NCBI RefSeq assembly: GCF_006345805.1
Contig: NW_021836143.1
Coordinates: 62,001 to 126,000 of the forward strand
Source of the DNA: Octopus sinensis
Lineage: Eukaryota
Length of the DNA: 64,000 nucleotides
Direction: 5' to 3'
The position numbers and the translations under genes were made by a program. The notes below the pieces were generated by a model. It saw nothing but the letters and a program-made list of their open reading frames with translations. It did no database searches and was not told the DNA's origin. Positions 28,208-41,159 of the stretch are shown piece after piece; positions within the stretch are counted from its first letter, which is position 1, and the number at the start of each line of letters is the position of its first letter.

Positions 28208-28815
28208 ACTCTGCTGTTGAAGATGATGTATGAGCATTCAACTTTTGCCAAACGAACTGCACAAATGATTTGTTTATAATGGTCAAATGTCTGTGCAACA
28301 CATTAACTTACTCTCCCCATCAAGTTGGTGTTGTTTGAACAGGTGCATGGTGTACCACTCATCAGGAGTTGAAGTGATTGCAGAGCAATGTAAGATAAAA
28401 TGTTTTGTTCAAGAACATAAAGCATCACCTTGTCTAGAAATTGAAATCACAATCTAGCAATCATGAGTGCAACATATTAAATACGAAGCCATGCACCCTC
28501 ACCATATATATATTAGTATTTGTTTTTATGTTCACTTATGATAAAAACAATTTTACAATAATCTTAAGGGTGACTCCATGCCTTTGTAGAGTAAAAGTTT
28601 ATTAATCTTTAACAATAGTATTGACAGTGACTTCGAAGTATCAGCCAGCTAAACCTTCATTAGACTGTGATGCATTAAGTTAATCATGGGTTTATATAGC
28701 CTCTGCTGAGATAAATTTTTTTTGCAGATTTGTGGTGTTCGGTTGAATGGTGATTAAACTTCAAATTAAGCTGTGATGGTAAGGTGTTGTTGAGAAAATT
28801 TTATTGATTAAATTT

Positions 28816-29232
28816 GAGTTTATGCCGTTCAGAATTTATTCATGTGCTTAGAAATTTGTAAACAGGTGTGTATATTTAGATGTCTCAGCTTCAGGTCATG
28901 GATTAATTGGTAGTGGTTCACTAAAAAGAAGTGGGTAGGTAGAGGAAGTTTTTTGGTCAGTGGATGTGTCATAAGTTTGAATTATTATTGGTTTGATTGG
29001 ATTTAATTCCTTGCTTTGGCAACGTAAAGGTCAAAGTTCTAAGTTTAGTTCAGCACTTAAAAGTCTTAGTAATCTTGTAATGGAACGGCATAAACTCATC
29101 CACTGACCAAAAAACTTCCTCTACCTACCCACTTCTTTTTAGTGAACCACTACCAATTAATCCATGACCTGAAGCTGACACATCTAAATATACACACCTG
29201 CTTACAAATTTCTAAGCACATGAATAAATTCT
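28816..29232. repeat. Recent inverted duplication, 136-bp arms, with a permuted 15-bp block
   Basis: 28831-28966 versus 29097-29232: reverse complement with 2 mismatches seen. 28816-28830 is the exact reverse complement of 29083-29097. Confidence 0.95.
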
Positions 29233-29541
29233 GCAAGCTACTTTTCCATATGCCACTAATGTTATTCAGGAAAACATTCAGTCCTATAGGGCCTATATAG
29301 CTTGAGAGGAGTGTCATCTCATGTTCCATTTTCATGTTGCTAAGAGTTTGAATGGATATCAAATGATATCTTTCCAAATGCTCTGAGAGTTTCAAAATTT
29401 GGACTGGCCCCTTTTTATGAACCTTGAAAAATGAAAGACAAATGAAATCTTGGTGTGATTTGAACTTCAAGAACAGTGAGTTGGAATAAACACCATGAGG
29501 TAGTCTATCTAGCTTGCTACTAATATATGAATTAGTTTGTG

Positions 29542-29545
<4 letters not shown>

Positions 29546-29601
<56 letters not shown>
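29546..29601. repeat. (GA)n microsatellite
   Basis: Uninterrupted GA run. Confidence 0.95.
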
Positions 29602-29605
<4 letters not shown>

Positions 29606-29674
29606 CACGTAAATTTATTTACTCATGCATATATTTACATAATAAAATAAAAAAAATATAAACATATATATACA

Positions 29675-29910
29675 TCATCATCATCATTTAACGTCCGCTT
29701 TCCATGCTAGCATGGGTTGGACGATTTGACTGAGGTCTGGCGAACCAGACTCCAATCTGATCTGGCAGAGTTTCTACAGTTGGATGCCCTTCCAAATGCC
29801 AACCACTCCGATAGTGTAGTGGGTGCTTTTACATGCCAGTTTGGTGGTACTGGCAATGACCACATCCAAATGGTGCTTTTTACATACCACCTGCACAGGA
29901 GCCAAAACAT
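29675..29910 (-). mobile_element. SINE family B (RTE-type 3' end, (GAT)n tail)
   Basis: catcatcatttaacgtccgctttccatgctagcatgggttggacg...ggatgcccttccaaatgcc matches the other family-B copies. Confidence 0.85.
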
Positions 29911-29949
29911 GTGTGTGTATATATATATTTATATAAATATATATACATA

Positions 29950-30298
29950 TACTCTTTTACTTGTTTCAGTCATTTGACTGCAGCCATGCCGGACTACTGC
30001 CTTTAGTCAAACAAATCAACTCCAGGACATATTCTTTGTAAGCCTAATACTTATTCTATACGGGAATGCAAACACACCGACATCAGCTGTCAAGCGATGG
30101 TGGGGGGACAAACACACATACACATATATATCCAACAAGCTTCTTTCAGTTTCCGTCTACCAAATCCACACACAAGGCTTTGGTCAGCCTGATGCTATAG
30201 TGGAAGACAACTGTCCAACAAGGTGCCATGCAATGGAACTGAACCTGGAACCATGTGGCTGGTAAGCAAGCTTCTTACTGCACAGCCACTCTTGCACC
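29950..30298 (-). mobile_element. tRNA-derived SINE, family A (diverged)
   Basis: Similar to 51669-52075 along its length. Confidence 0.85.
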
Positions 30299-31683
30299 TA
30301 TATATATATATTGAGAAGAAGTGGGGGACTGCACACATATGATTGCTCTCTCTCTCTCTCATATGTACATAGAGAAAAAAAGGAGAGAGAAGCCTTGAAT
30401 ATGTGAGACAAATAGCAATAATTTAGTTAAGTGGAAGAGAAACATATAAATGAAAAATAGATGAGAGAATGAGAGATGGTGGGGTTGAGATGGAGAGTCA
30501 GAAATTTATCAAACTTCAGTAAAATATTTAGTTTTCATAAATGTATTTTTTTCTCCCTTTATTACAGGATGAATTTGATTTTTATACCTTATCTTTTAAT
30601 GCCAACGTATATGTATTATCATTGATTTTCAATAAACTTTGTATAAATGGGAAAATTTTTTGAATATATAGTTCAGTGTTATTTTTGGCTTGTCTGGTCT
30701 AATAAATTCTATTGAATAGTAGAAGAGACATATAAAAGAAACAGCAATGTAATAACCTTTTCACATAAGAATAAATATTACTAACCTAAAGAAAAGTAAA
30801 GAAAAATATACAGAAAATTTATTAACAAAAAACAAACAAACTATTAACTACCTAACTTTAATAAAATTATGTTAAGATAAAATATTTACAAAAACAAATG
30901 TCATTAAAAATAAAAAAACTAATGAGGAAATATTTTTTAAAAATATACTTTAAAGATCTTTAAATGAGGATTGTAAAAATATATTTAAGAAATTAGTCAA
31001 TAACAAAAGAAGTGTAAATAGTGAAAAATGCTGGAGATATCTTAAATTGAATGTAATAAATGAGATATGCCAAAGGTTTAGCAGGAAATTTTCTCCTTTG
31101 CAAGTTAAATATGGAAGAATTATTTTGATAAGAAGTGGGGAAAAAGAGGTGAAAATAGAAAAAAAAAGAGAAAGCCTAAATCCTTTATTTTTCTGATGCC
31201 ATCTATCTCCTTTTCCTCCAAATGTCTTTATTTCCTTTTCAATTCTTAAACATTTTTTTTTTAGCAGTTCCATTCTTTTAGCTTTGCAGATATTTCAGTG
31301 TTACTGACTACCACTGAGGTTGATGAAATCCCCTTCCTTGAAATTATTATACATATTTTATGGAAATAAAATGTAAAATATAATAGATTTCTTGTACAAC
31401 ATTTTAAAATGTAGTTTTAGATTGATTTATGATAATAGTTGTGAGCAAAGAAAGAAAACCATCACCTACAAATCTATTTTTCTGTAAAAGCTTCACTAGT
31501 CACTACTACTATATGTGGAGCTTTTCTTTTATATACTTAGTAATAAACCACTTCTAAGATAACAATTTCTCCAACATGTAGACTGTGTGAATTTTTGCTA
31601 GTATAGCTTTGTGTTATATCAGAAGAAGATTAGTAAAGAAACAGCAGTTCATATTTTAGATAGGCTTTATTTATATCTTTTTA

Positions 31684-32071
31684 CTAGCAGTATCGCCCAG
31701 TGTTGCTCGGGTTTGCTTCAACCCTTTAGAATTGGAATTTTTGAACAGTAAAAATTTTGCATTATGTAGCTTGTTATTCTCTTTAAATACATTTTTCTGG
31801 TTGAAATACACCGAAAAATGGCAACACAGAAGTAAAAAAATCATAAAAAATAGGGATTTTCATAGAAAAAAAGCACCTTTTTGATGTAAATAATTTTTTG
31901 TCTTAACATGGTCCAATTTGATTTTTCTCTTACGGAAGGAAGAGCAAGCCTTCTTCTATCATACTCTCAATTTTGGTCAACTTGTACCACAGGGACTCGG
32001 AGGAGATAGTGTTAGTTGAAGGCTAACAAACCTGCCATACACAGACAACTTCAGCTTTATATATAGAGAGA
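31684..32071 (-). mobile_element. Non-autonomous Helitron
   Basis: The minus strand begins A|TCTCTCTATATATAAAGCTGAAG and ends CAAACCCGAGCAACACTGGGCGATACTGCTAG|T: 5'-TC, 3'-CTAG, insertion between A and T. Confidence 0.8.
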
Positions 32072-33158
32072 TTATGGAAGGGCATGGGGTGTAGTGAGTA
32101 GAAGATACTTCAATATACGATTGAAAATTTTGGGGTCTGTGTAAAGGTTAAAGCAAACTTGATACCAGTAGGATTTTAACATAATGAGATTAAATCAAAT
32201 ATTAATTTAAAACATTAGCAGAAGGCCTCACACTTTTGAGGAGAGATAGTCCATTGTATCAACTACAATACTTGATTGGTACTTTATTTTAGCAGTTTAG
32301 AGGATAGTTAGTACTGATGAACTTGTAGGCCCTCCCAGAATGATGCAATAGATATTCAGCTAGTTCAGATGTAAGTCAATATTTTCAGGAAAAACATTGC
32401 TGAGAGAAAATTCTAAAGAGAATCGGTTTTGAGAGGAAGTGTCAAGGGCAGGATCTGGTAGTGATGATAATGAAAATAGAAACAAATGCATCTAGTGGGC
32501 TTGGTGGAAATGCTGCACAGTTATCAAGTTAGAGTAAGAGAAAAGTATGAACTAAAAGTTGAAAAGTTTGATGACATATATGAGACACTGGCTTTTTTCT
32601 TTTCTTTTTTTTGGGGGGGGGGCCCTATCAATACTAATCTGCCTGAAACTGTCCCTGTTTTTGATACAAAGCCTGTTTTAGAATGTTTATATTTAAATTA
32701 AAACATTCCATAATTTTATGTAAGACACTTTGTTAAATTATATTTTAAGCATGAAATTAATAACAACAAAGTTATTTTCTAAATGCTACCAAACTCTTGA
32801 TTATTTTAAAATTGAATTAAGAGTTATAGACAGTGCCATGTATTTCATTAAGAATATGGTCTTAAGTGAGTTGCCTTAGGGAAATACATAGATAAAATAT
32901 CATGTAGTGACAGACAGCAACATCTATGCATTTTGTTATTATATATGAACACTATGCTTTGTTATGCCATATTTCTGGAGTTTTATATTTACAATGGAAT
33001 TGTTCAACGACAAATCATACTTCTATTCCATTACTAAAAGCCAACATATTTTTATTTCTGCTTTTGAGAAAAATCTGAAATCCTTATAAATAAATCATTG
33101 GTTTGTATATGCACGTGAGAGCACATACACACACACACACTAAAGAGTAGAGCAGTAA

Positions 33159-33296
33159 TATAGTTGCATGCAGTTAAATTAGATGTATGGTCATAGAGTG
33201 ACCAAAGGTTTTGCATCCATAATGTCTAACGCTTTACGTATGTGAAACCACTGGTCACTCTATGGCCAGACACATATCTAACTGCATATAACTATA
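33159..33296. mobile_element. Foldback MITE flanked by TA
   Basis: ~46-bp imperfect TIRs tatagttgcatgcagtta..gtcatagagtgacca / tggtcactctatggcc..taactgcatataactata. Confidence 0.7.
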
Positions 33297-33407
33297 TATA
33301 TATATAATTGAAAAATAGGATCAAGTCTTTATAAGAATTTATCAAGTAGTTAGTGTGAAAAACCTCATAAGGGAAAAATCCATCAATTATTCCTCTTAAA
33401 TATATGT

Positions 33408-33581
33408 ATTTATATTAAGGGCATTACTATTCATAAATGCCTCATGCTAGGAGGGACTCAAAGTCAAAACTAGCATAATAAATAAACATTGTACAACTTG
33501 TTTATTTATTATGGTAGTTTTGACTTTAAGAGTCCCTCCTAGCATGAGGTATTTATGTATAGTAATGCCCTTAATATAAAT
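33408..33581. repeat. Near-perfect palindrome, ~81-bp arms, 10-nt loop
   Basis: 33408-33488 versus 33499-33581: reverse complement with a few mismatches and one small indel. Confidence 0.93.
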
Positions 33582-34158
33582 AAATGAATATACACACACA
33601 CACACACACCATGCCTAAGGTTCTTAACTTGGTGGTGTCATTAAGGGTGCAGATGTGACAAATAGCATGTCATACATATTTTTAAGCTTGGCAGAATCCA
33701 CCCCTCTCCACCTTTGACCTTAGTAGGGTTTTTTCTAGCTGAGTTAGAAAAGAGAATAGACCCAAGTATTTAACACATTTGTTATTAACTGTGAGAGGAT
33801 GAAAATCAAGGATTTACACACAGTACCTGTTTTAACATCTCTGCTAATTGGCTACTGATACATCCCCCCACACAGATACATATATAAATACACACATATA
33901 TACATAAACGCACACACACACAATATTATACAGCTATATCTATTTGCAAATTCAGAGAAATATATACATTACAAACATAAATGAATAAACACACACATAA
34001 TACATATAGACAAACATGTATTATACATATATAACAACTTAATGTGTAATCAGGATATAGCAAAAAATTTAATTGTAAGGTAAATTATACAAAGATATAA
34101 TATATATTGTAGATAATATTAAGTTATTAATACTTAAGAGACATCAAGAAAATCTTAC

Positions 34159-34308
34159 TTTCATTTTGCTTTTGGTCGCTTATAGACCTGCGATACCAGG
34201 TCACATTAGGATGCGGTGTTCCACTTACATTGCAGACAAGGCTTATTGTATCCCCCTCTTTTGCAGTTTTATCTCTACTTGACAAATCTGCGTTAAGTGT
34301 TGGCTGGA
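34159..34308 (-). CDS. Exon of the same Ig-superfamily gene (N-terminal half of the Ig domain)
   Basis: 150 nt, phase 1-1, acceptor tttaaatttcag and donor gtaaga. Encodes xQPTLNADLSSRDKTAKEGDTISLVCNVSGTPHPNVTWYRRSISDQKQNE, with the Ig B-strand Cys, the P.P.V.W motif and two N-glycosylation sequons. It joins in frame (A|GG = Arg) to 26411. Confidence 0.93.
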
Positions 34309-35314
34309 CTGAAATTTAAAAAAAACAAAAAAAAAACATTAAAATACTGAAGAAAAAAAAAAACAAAAAAAAGTAGCTTAAATTTTAGACAGCTGACCAA
34401 AGAATATAATTCCAAATCCAACATCATTATCATTTTTGTTTAATGTCTACCTTCCATGATAGCATGAGTTGGATGGTTTGATAGGAGCCAATCAGGTAGA
34501 AAACTACACCAGGCTATTTTATGGTTGGATGCCCTTCCTAACATCAACAACCCAGCAGAGTGGACTGAGTGGTTTCAAATCCAACAAAGCATATAAATTT
34601 GAATGCATCAGTTTACCTTAATGACAAATGACACAACTTGACCTTTAATTCTGAGTAACTTTTATTATTCATTTTTATTATATCAAATGAGACTGCTGTA
34701 TGACAGTTGTCACTTCTAGAATTTTCTATGTATTTATCAGCCTATATTAAATATACTTTGTTAATTTAAATAATAAAGGTGGAGTGACTAACAAATAAAC
34801 TTTATTAACAAAGAAATATTGGAGAAAAACTTTTGTCAGCAGTGTGAAATAAAAATTAAAACACTAATCTAAAATATTACTGCTATTGCAAAGTCTAAAC
34901 TGAGTTACTGACACCACATTTTGAGAAGAATACATTTGATTTATTGCTGTAAAACATGGGAATTCAAAGCGACATAAATCTCCACATTCAAAAATATGAA
35001 ATGCTTTATTTTGTATGCCACCAAACAAATTATATATGTCGGTCCAGGTGTTATCAGCTGGGAATATTTGATAAGACTATACAAAATAGGATATAATAAT
35101 CTATCTAAGAAGAGAGTGAGAATGAGCAAGAAAGAGAATGAACAATTGCAATGCGGCTTTCATTCAAATTTTTCATTTAAAATTCAAGTTTGAAAAAGTA
35201 ATTTAAAGTATGAATGACAGTCACAAGATCTAATGGGGGAACACATTACATCATAAAGTAAATAAAAGATGAGAAATAGTATAATCTTGCATTGTCATGA
35301 ATATATAAACGAAT

Positions 35315-35540
35315 ACATATATATATATATATATACACACACACTCACAAATATACATAAACATATTTAGATCATCATCAACATCATTTACTGTATACAT
35401 ATACATAACTATATATGTGTGTGTGTGTGCATGTGTATACATATATGCACACATATATATACATATGTATATATACATATATATACATACATATATATAC
35501 ATATGTATATATACATATATATATACATACATATATATAC

Positions 35541-35571
<31 letters not shown>

Positions 35572-35575
35572 CATA

Positions 35576-35645
<70 letters not shown>

Positions 35646-35647
35646 CA

Positions 35648-35685
<38 letters not shown>

Positions 35686-35713
35686 CATATATACATATAT
35701 ATATATTTACATA

Positions 35714-35749
<36 letters not shown>

Positions 35750-35787
35750 CATATATAATATATATATATATATATATAATACATACA

Positions 35788-35861
<74 letters not shown>

Positions 35862-36044
35862 CATACATATATATATACATACATACATATATATATATAC
35901 ATACATACATATACATATATATATATATACATACATACATATTATATATATATACATATATATTATATATATACATACATATACATATATATATATATAT
36001 ACATACATACATACATATATATATATATATAAATATATATATAT

Positions 36045-36091
<47 letters not shown>

Positions 36092-36169
36092 CATAACATA
36101 CATACATACATACATACATACATACTATATATATATATATATATTATATATATATATATATATACATAC

Positions 36170-36200
<31 letters not shown>

Positions 36201-36216
36201 AATATATATATATATA

Positions 36217-36249
<33 letters not shown>

Positions 36250-36272
36250 TATATATAATATATATATATATA

Positions 36273-36331
<59 letters not shown>

Positions 36332-36360
36332 TATATATACACACATACATGCACATACAC
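35315..36360. repeat. ~1-kb compound (TA)n/(TACA)n microsatellite
   Basis: Alternating TA and TACA units. It produces all the Y/I/H/T/M/C/V-rich ORFs in the track. Confidence 0.97.
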
Positions 36361-36814
36361 TCAAATAAACAATTCAAGAGATTTGTGACATGATTAATTA
36401 TATTTTAGCATCATAATAAAACATATATTTTTGACAGTTGATTGGGTTGCAATAATATATATCAGTAGTAGCAGTGAAGGGATTTTGGAGTCAGCTGAAT
36501 AGCTCAAATTCAAATACGATAGAATTTCATTTTTGTACAGACTTTGTAGAAAATATATTGGAAAATATGCATGAAGAATATTGCCAAGGTTTAGGAATGG
36601 GAAAAATGTCCCAATAAAAACAAACTGCTGCCGATGGGCTGAGGTATTGCATCATAATATAATGGACAGGATGGATGCCCTTTATTCCAAATCAGTTAAG
36701 AAAAAATGTTTCTTCTTATTGTTTATTATTTTTGTCATTAGTAGGTCAGGAGAAAGGGCTATGCCGTTAGACTTTGCACACTCAATGAGCTTGGTGAAAT
36801 AGTTATAGTTAATA

Positions 36815-36848
<34 letters not shown>

Positions 36849-36959
36849 GAGTGTCTTGCTCTTGGTCTGGGAATCGAACATGCTACCTCATGATTGTGAG
36901 CCTGGCACTGTAACCACAGAGCCATGCACCTTTACTATGATGATGTGTTGGAGATTTAT

Positions 36960-37735
36960 AACAGGTAGATGTATGGTGGATAGTTGTGATAAAGCAGTGA
37001 TAGGAATACCTCAGTTATGAAGATGGTTATAGTTTGCTACAGGTTGGATTTGTAGTGACAAAGAAGTGAAGCATGTCTGGAGTGTCAGTGCACTGTTTTG
37101 TATATGAGTAGGATATGAAACTAATAGGTGTAGTGAATTGAAGATTGTGAAAAATTCAATTTCGGTACTAGTGACATCAGTAGATGAAGGTGAGAGTCAA
37201 GAAGAGTTGATAGCATTGAAGTCACCAAGGGCAATTTGAGAGAAGTGACATGGATGTCATCACTGTATGCAAAGACATTCAAAAAGCTTTTCCAGAAAGC
37301 AGTTGAGGAAGCAAATGTATTTAGTAAAGTGGAGGGATATTTGAGAAAAAAGTATGGAAGTTTCCACAGCAAATATCCAGTTGAAAAAGATAAGTGGCAG
37401 AGAGATGGGGAGGATATAGACATGTAGACATCAACTTTCAGTGTGAGATTCAAACGTAACCTAGACAGTGCAGATGGACAGTGGGTAAACATTAAGAGTA
37501 TTAGTATAATGTCTTAGAGAGGAACTAGGATATGTGATTTCTGTTTGAGCGAGAGGCTATGTGCAGGTTGGATGAGGGTCCAGGGACATAAGAGAAGAGG
37601 GAGAACTATGCAGTCGGTTTAGCTTTTACCTAGTGAAATGTGAAAAGTGTTGATGCACTGAAATCTCTCAAAGTCGCCTATGAGCAAAAAGCAGTGATAA
37701 ACAGGAGGGGTGGAGGAGATGATGAGGCTACCTCT
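36960..37735 (-). mobile_element. Non-LTR retrotransposon AP-endonuclease relic (CR1/Jockey-like)
   Basis: Minus-strand ALGDFNA motif (GDFN at 37215-37226), preceded by DDIHVTSL and an LAQTEI-like motif. Many stops. Confidence 0.65.
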
Positions 37736-37931
37736 CATTAAAAATACATAAAGGGCTGTTTAAGGTATGTGCAATAAAGCAGCATTAAACAACAATCTCA
37801 TAAACACCTGTCTTTTTTTTTAAAAAAAAAGGATCTTTAGAAAAGAAAGGAGTGATCATAGAAACACCATAAAATCAGACATGTTAGCAAGCACACACAT
37901 ATATTAATATATGTACATATGTACACACACA

Positions 37932-37962
<31 letters not shown>

Positions 37963-40048
37963 TATACATTCAAATAAAAAAATTTTATCTCAGCTATTTC
38001 ACATAGTGATGGTAGTTGTTCTGTTGTACTGAATTATTTTATAGTTGTACCATGCTATTTTATGCTCTTCTTCCAAATGTTTGACATTAATTTATTTCCA
38101 CATCAGAGTTTTAATTAACTCGCTGAAAGATTTTGGTCAAGTGAGTTATTATACACTGATTAATGTGCTTGAAGAGCTGAGAAAAACCCAACTAACCTGT
38201 CACTCCCACTGCCAGCCAACTTCTCTGCAGAGAGAAAACAGGAAGTGTTTCTTTTCTATGTAGTTAAAATATTAGTTTTAAGGTCTAAAAGATCACAGAA
38301 CTTACAACCCATTTTATTTTTTTCACAAATTTATTTTCTATAGTTCAAGTTTATTTTTTTAACTTCTAGAGATTGTACAGACAGTGAAATATCATGTTAT
38401 AACTACTATATGTGTTTACTTGTGTTTCTATTGCATATCCTGTTGAAAAGTTGCTGAAGTTTTAATTCAGATTTTGGCCAAAAGAGTTACTCTACTAAAC
38501 TAATCCACTTGTTTGAAGAGTTGAATCCAAGTTCTTTTCTTCCATTCATATCTAGTAGCTTAGTGTTTCCCATTAAGTAACATTATATCTACTATGTCTC
38601 ATCCACCAAAACCCCTTGCTATTTACTTTGGTTCTTCCGATGAAGAACTGGTTTCTTTGGGAATTCTCTATCAACCGAGGAGGTCATATAAACAGCATGG
38701 AAAGCCCTCATCTCCTCCAACTAAATAGTAGTAATTCTCATACAGGTACAGCAAGTATAAACTCTTTCAACATCTCCTTTCATTAGAAGCTTGACTTGCA
38801 AGAATCAACAGCTAAATCTCACTTAAATTGACCCCATCAGAGGATGGGCACAACAAAAAGAATTCTGATCATAGGTTTGTTCAATCAGAATAGATCTAGG
38901 CCAAGCCACTATCGCCATCACCACCATCACCACCTTGCATATTTCACATTACATTTTATTAAAGTCTAGAGAAAACGTTTCTGCTGTATGCAGAGAAATG
39001 AAATAAAACTTCCTATTTAGATATAAACATAAATTTTAACAATGAAACTATTCATCTATCAATGCCTATAGTTTGGTAAGTAGTATTGAGAATGGTATAA
39101 TTGAAAAATAATTTGCTGTTTTGATATGCTATGATTTCTAGTATCCTACCTATTAATGATATTTAACATGTATTACAATAGAGAAGGAAATGACTAAGAT
39201 ATTGTTGCAGTTGTTGAATTCTAAAATACCTCCTTTAAATTCACATACGCGGTACTTAGGAACATGTGTGTGCCTCTTAACAAATGCTAGAAAATTTGAA
39301 AATAGATGATTCTGATGTGAACTTTAATGATTATTTAAAAACAAATAAAATAATTGCTATGTTTCATACTTCTAAATGCAAATTTCACAAAAGGAAATAC
39401 AGATTAGGTTCAAGATGAAAATCATAAATATGTGTGTGCATGTGTATTCGTATTAATTATTCTTACACAGTATTTCATAAATATAACTTAAGGCAAAATA
39501 AGGCAGCATAACTGTCATTAGAAGCCAAATATTCCAATTGTTGTATACAAGACAACTACGTTACAGTTACATCAAAGTGTTCCTGAATAACTTAAAATAT
39601 TAAATTAGTATTTAGCACTTATAAACAATTCGATGGCTAAACTAAAAGTATCTACCTACTTTTGTACTATAAGGGTATTGCAAATAATTATAAAGTCGCT
39701 CAAACTACCAGCAAACACTCTGCTCAAACACTGTGTTTAACACAGATTTGCACACACGCACACACACACAAAGTAATAGACATAAAAATTGCAGCCGAGA
39801 CTGAAAAAAATTCCTTTTAGAAAAAATTTTTTTTAGAAATTTTAGAAATAATTTATGAAAACAAAGTCGTAAAAAATAAAAACAAGGATGACTGAGTACC
39901 ATAAAACAAATAGATAAGGTTGCTATAACTGAAAGTGAGAGTTAAACATTAATATGTTATTTGCTACGTTAATACTTTGTATGTATGTATGTAAGTATGT
40001 ATATGTACATACATACATATATGTGTATATATATAAATATATATATAT

Positions 40049-40423
40049 TACTCTTTTACTCTTTTACTTGTTTCAGTCATTTGACTGTGGCCATGCTGGA
40101 GCACCACCTTTAATCGAGCAACTCGACCCGGGACTTATTCTTTGTAAGCCAAGTACTTATTCTATCGGTCTCTTTTGCCAAACCGCTAAGTGACGGGGAC
40201 ATAAACACACCAGCATCGGTTGTCAAGCAATGCTAGGGGGACAAACACAGACACACACGCGCATCATCATCATCGTCGTTTAACGTCCGTTCTCCATGCT
40301 AGCATGGGTTGGACGGTTCGACCGGGGTTCTGGGAAGCCAGAAGGCTGCACCAGGCTCCAGTCTAATCTGGCAATATTTCTACAGCTGGATGCCCTTCCT
40401 AACGCCAACCACTCCGTGAGCGC

Positions 40424-40454
<31 letters not shown>

Positions 40455-40620
40455 TACGACGGGCTTCTTTCAGTTTCCGTCTACCAAATCCACTCACAAG
40501 GCTTTGGTCGGCCCGAGGCTATAGTAGAAGACCCTTGCCCAAGATGCCACGCAGTGGGACTAAACCCGGAACCATGTGGTTGGTAAGCAAGCTACTTACC
40601 ACACAGCCACTCCTGCGCCT
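40049..40620 (-). mobile_element. Family-A SINE with a nested family-B SINE fragment
   Basis: A family-B 3' fragment (40262-40420) is inserted in the central microsatellite of the family-A copy, flanked by a GCGCAT duplication (40259-40264, 40420-40425). Confidence 0.88.
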
Positions 40621-41159
40621 ATATATATATATATATATGCATGCATACATACAAACATAATGCACTGGTTATAGTTTTGCATGGTACCTTTGAGAAGCGT
40701 CTTTTGCTATAGCTATGGGCCAACGAAAGCCTTGTGAGTGACTTTAGTAGATGGAAATTGAAAGAAGCACATCATGTGTGTGTGTGAGTTTGTGTCACCT
40801 TGCCTTGACATCATGTGATAGTTGTAACTGATTATCATTGTAATACAGGCAGTGTCGTTCGTTTCCAATATTCAGCAAGAACATGTCTAGCCACTGGCAA
40901 GTATTACCTTGGTTGGAAACAGGTAAGAGTAGGTGACAGGTAGGGCATCCAGCTGTAGAAAATCTGCTTCAATAAACTCCAGCCAACCCTTGCAAGCATG
41001 GAAAAGGGATTCGATGATGATAATGATGAAGATTACACACACACACATATATATATATATATTTATATATATACATACACTCGTGTATACACATACATAT
41101 ATATAGGATGGGGGTAGGAATGATTAGAAAGAGAAACCTGAAGAGGTTTTCTACTTTGT

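Noticed and set aside
29150-29608. 152-aa minus-strand ORF
   Set aside because: It starts in the (GA)n repeat and runs into the inverted duplication; no recognisable domain.
35251-36377. Long ORFs (up to 236 aa) in the ORF track
   Set aside because: They are translations of the TA/TACA microsatellite, which lacks stop codons in most frames.
38198-38225. 28-nt segment behind a strong acceptor (ttttctctctgcag) with a gttagt donor
   Set aside because: Not frame-preserving, and the peptide does not resemble an Ig domain end.
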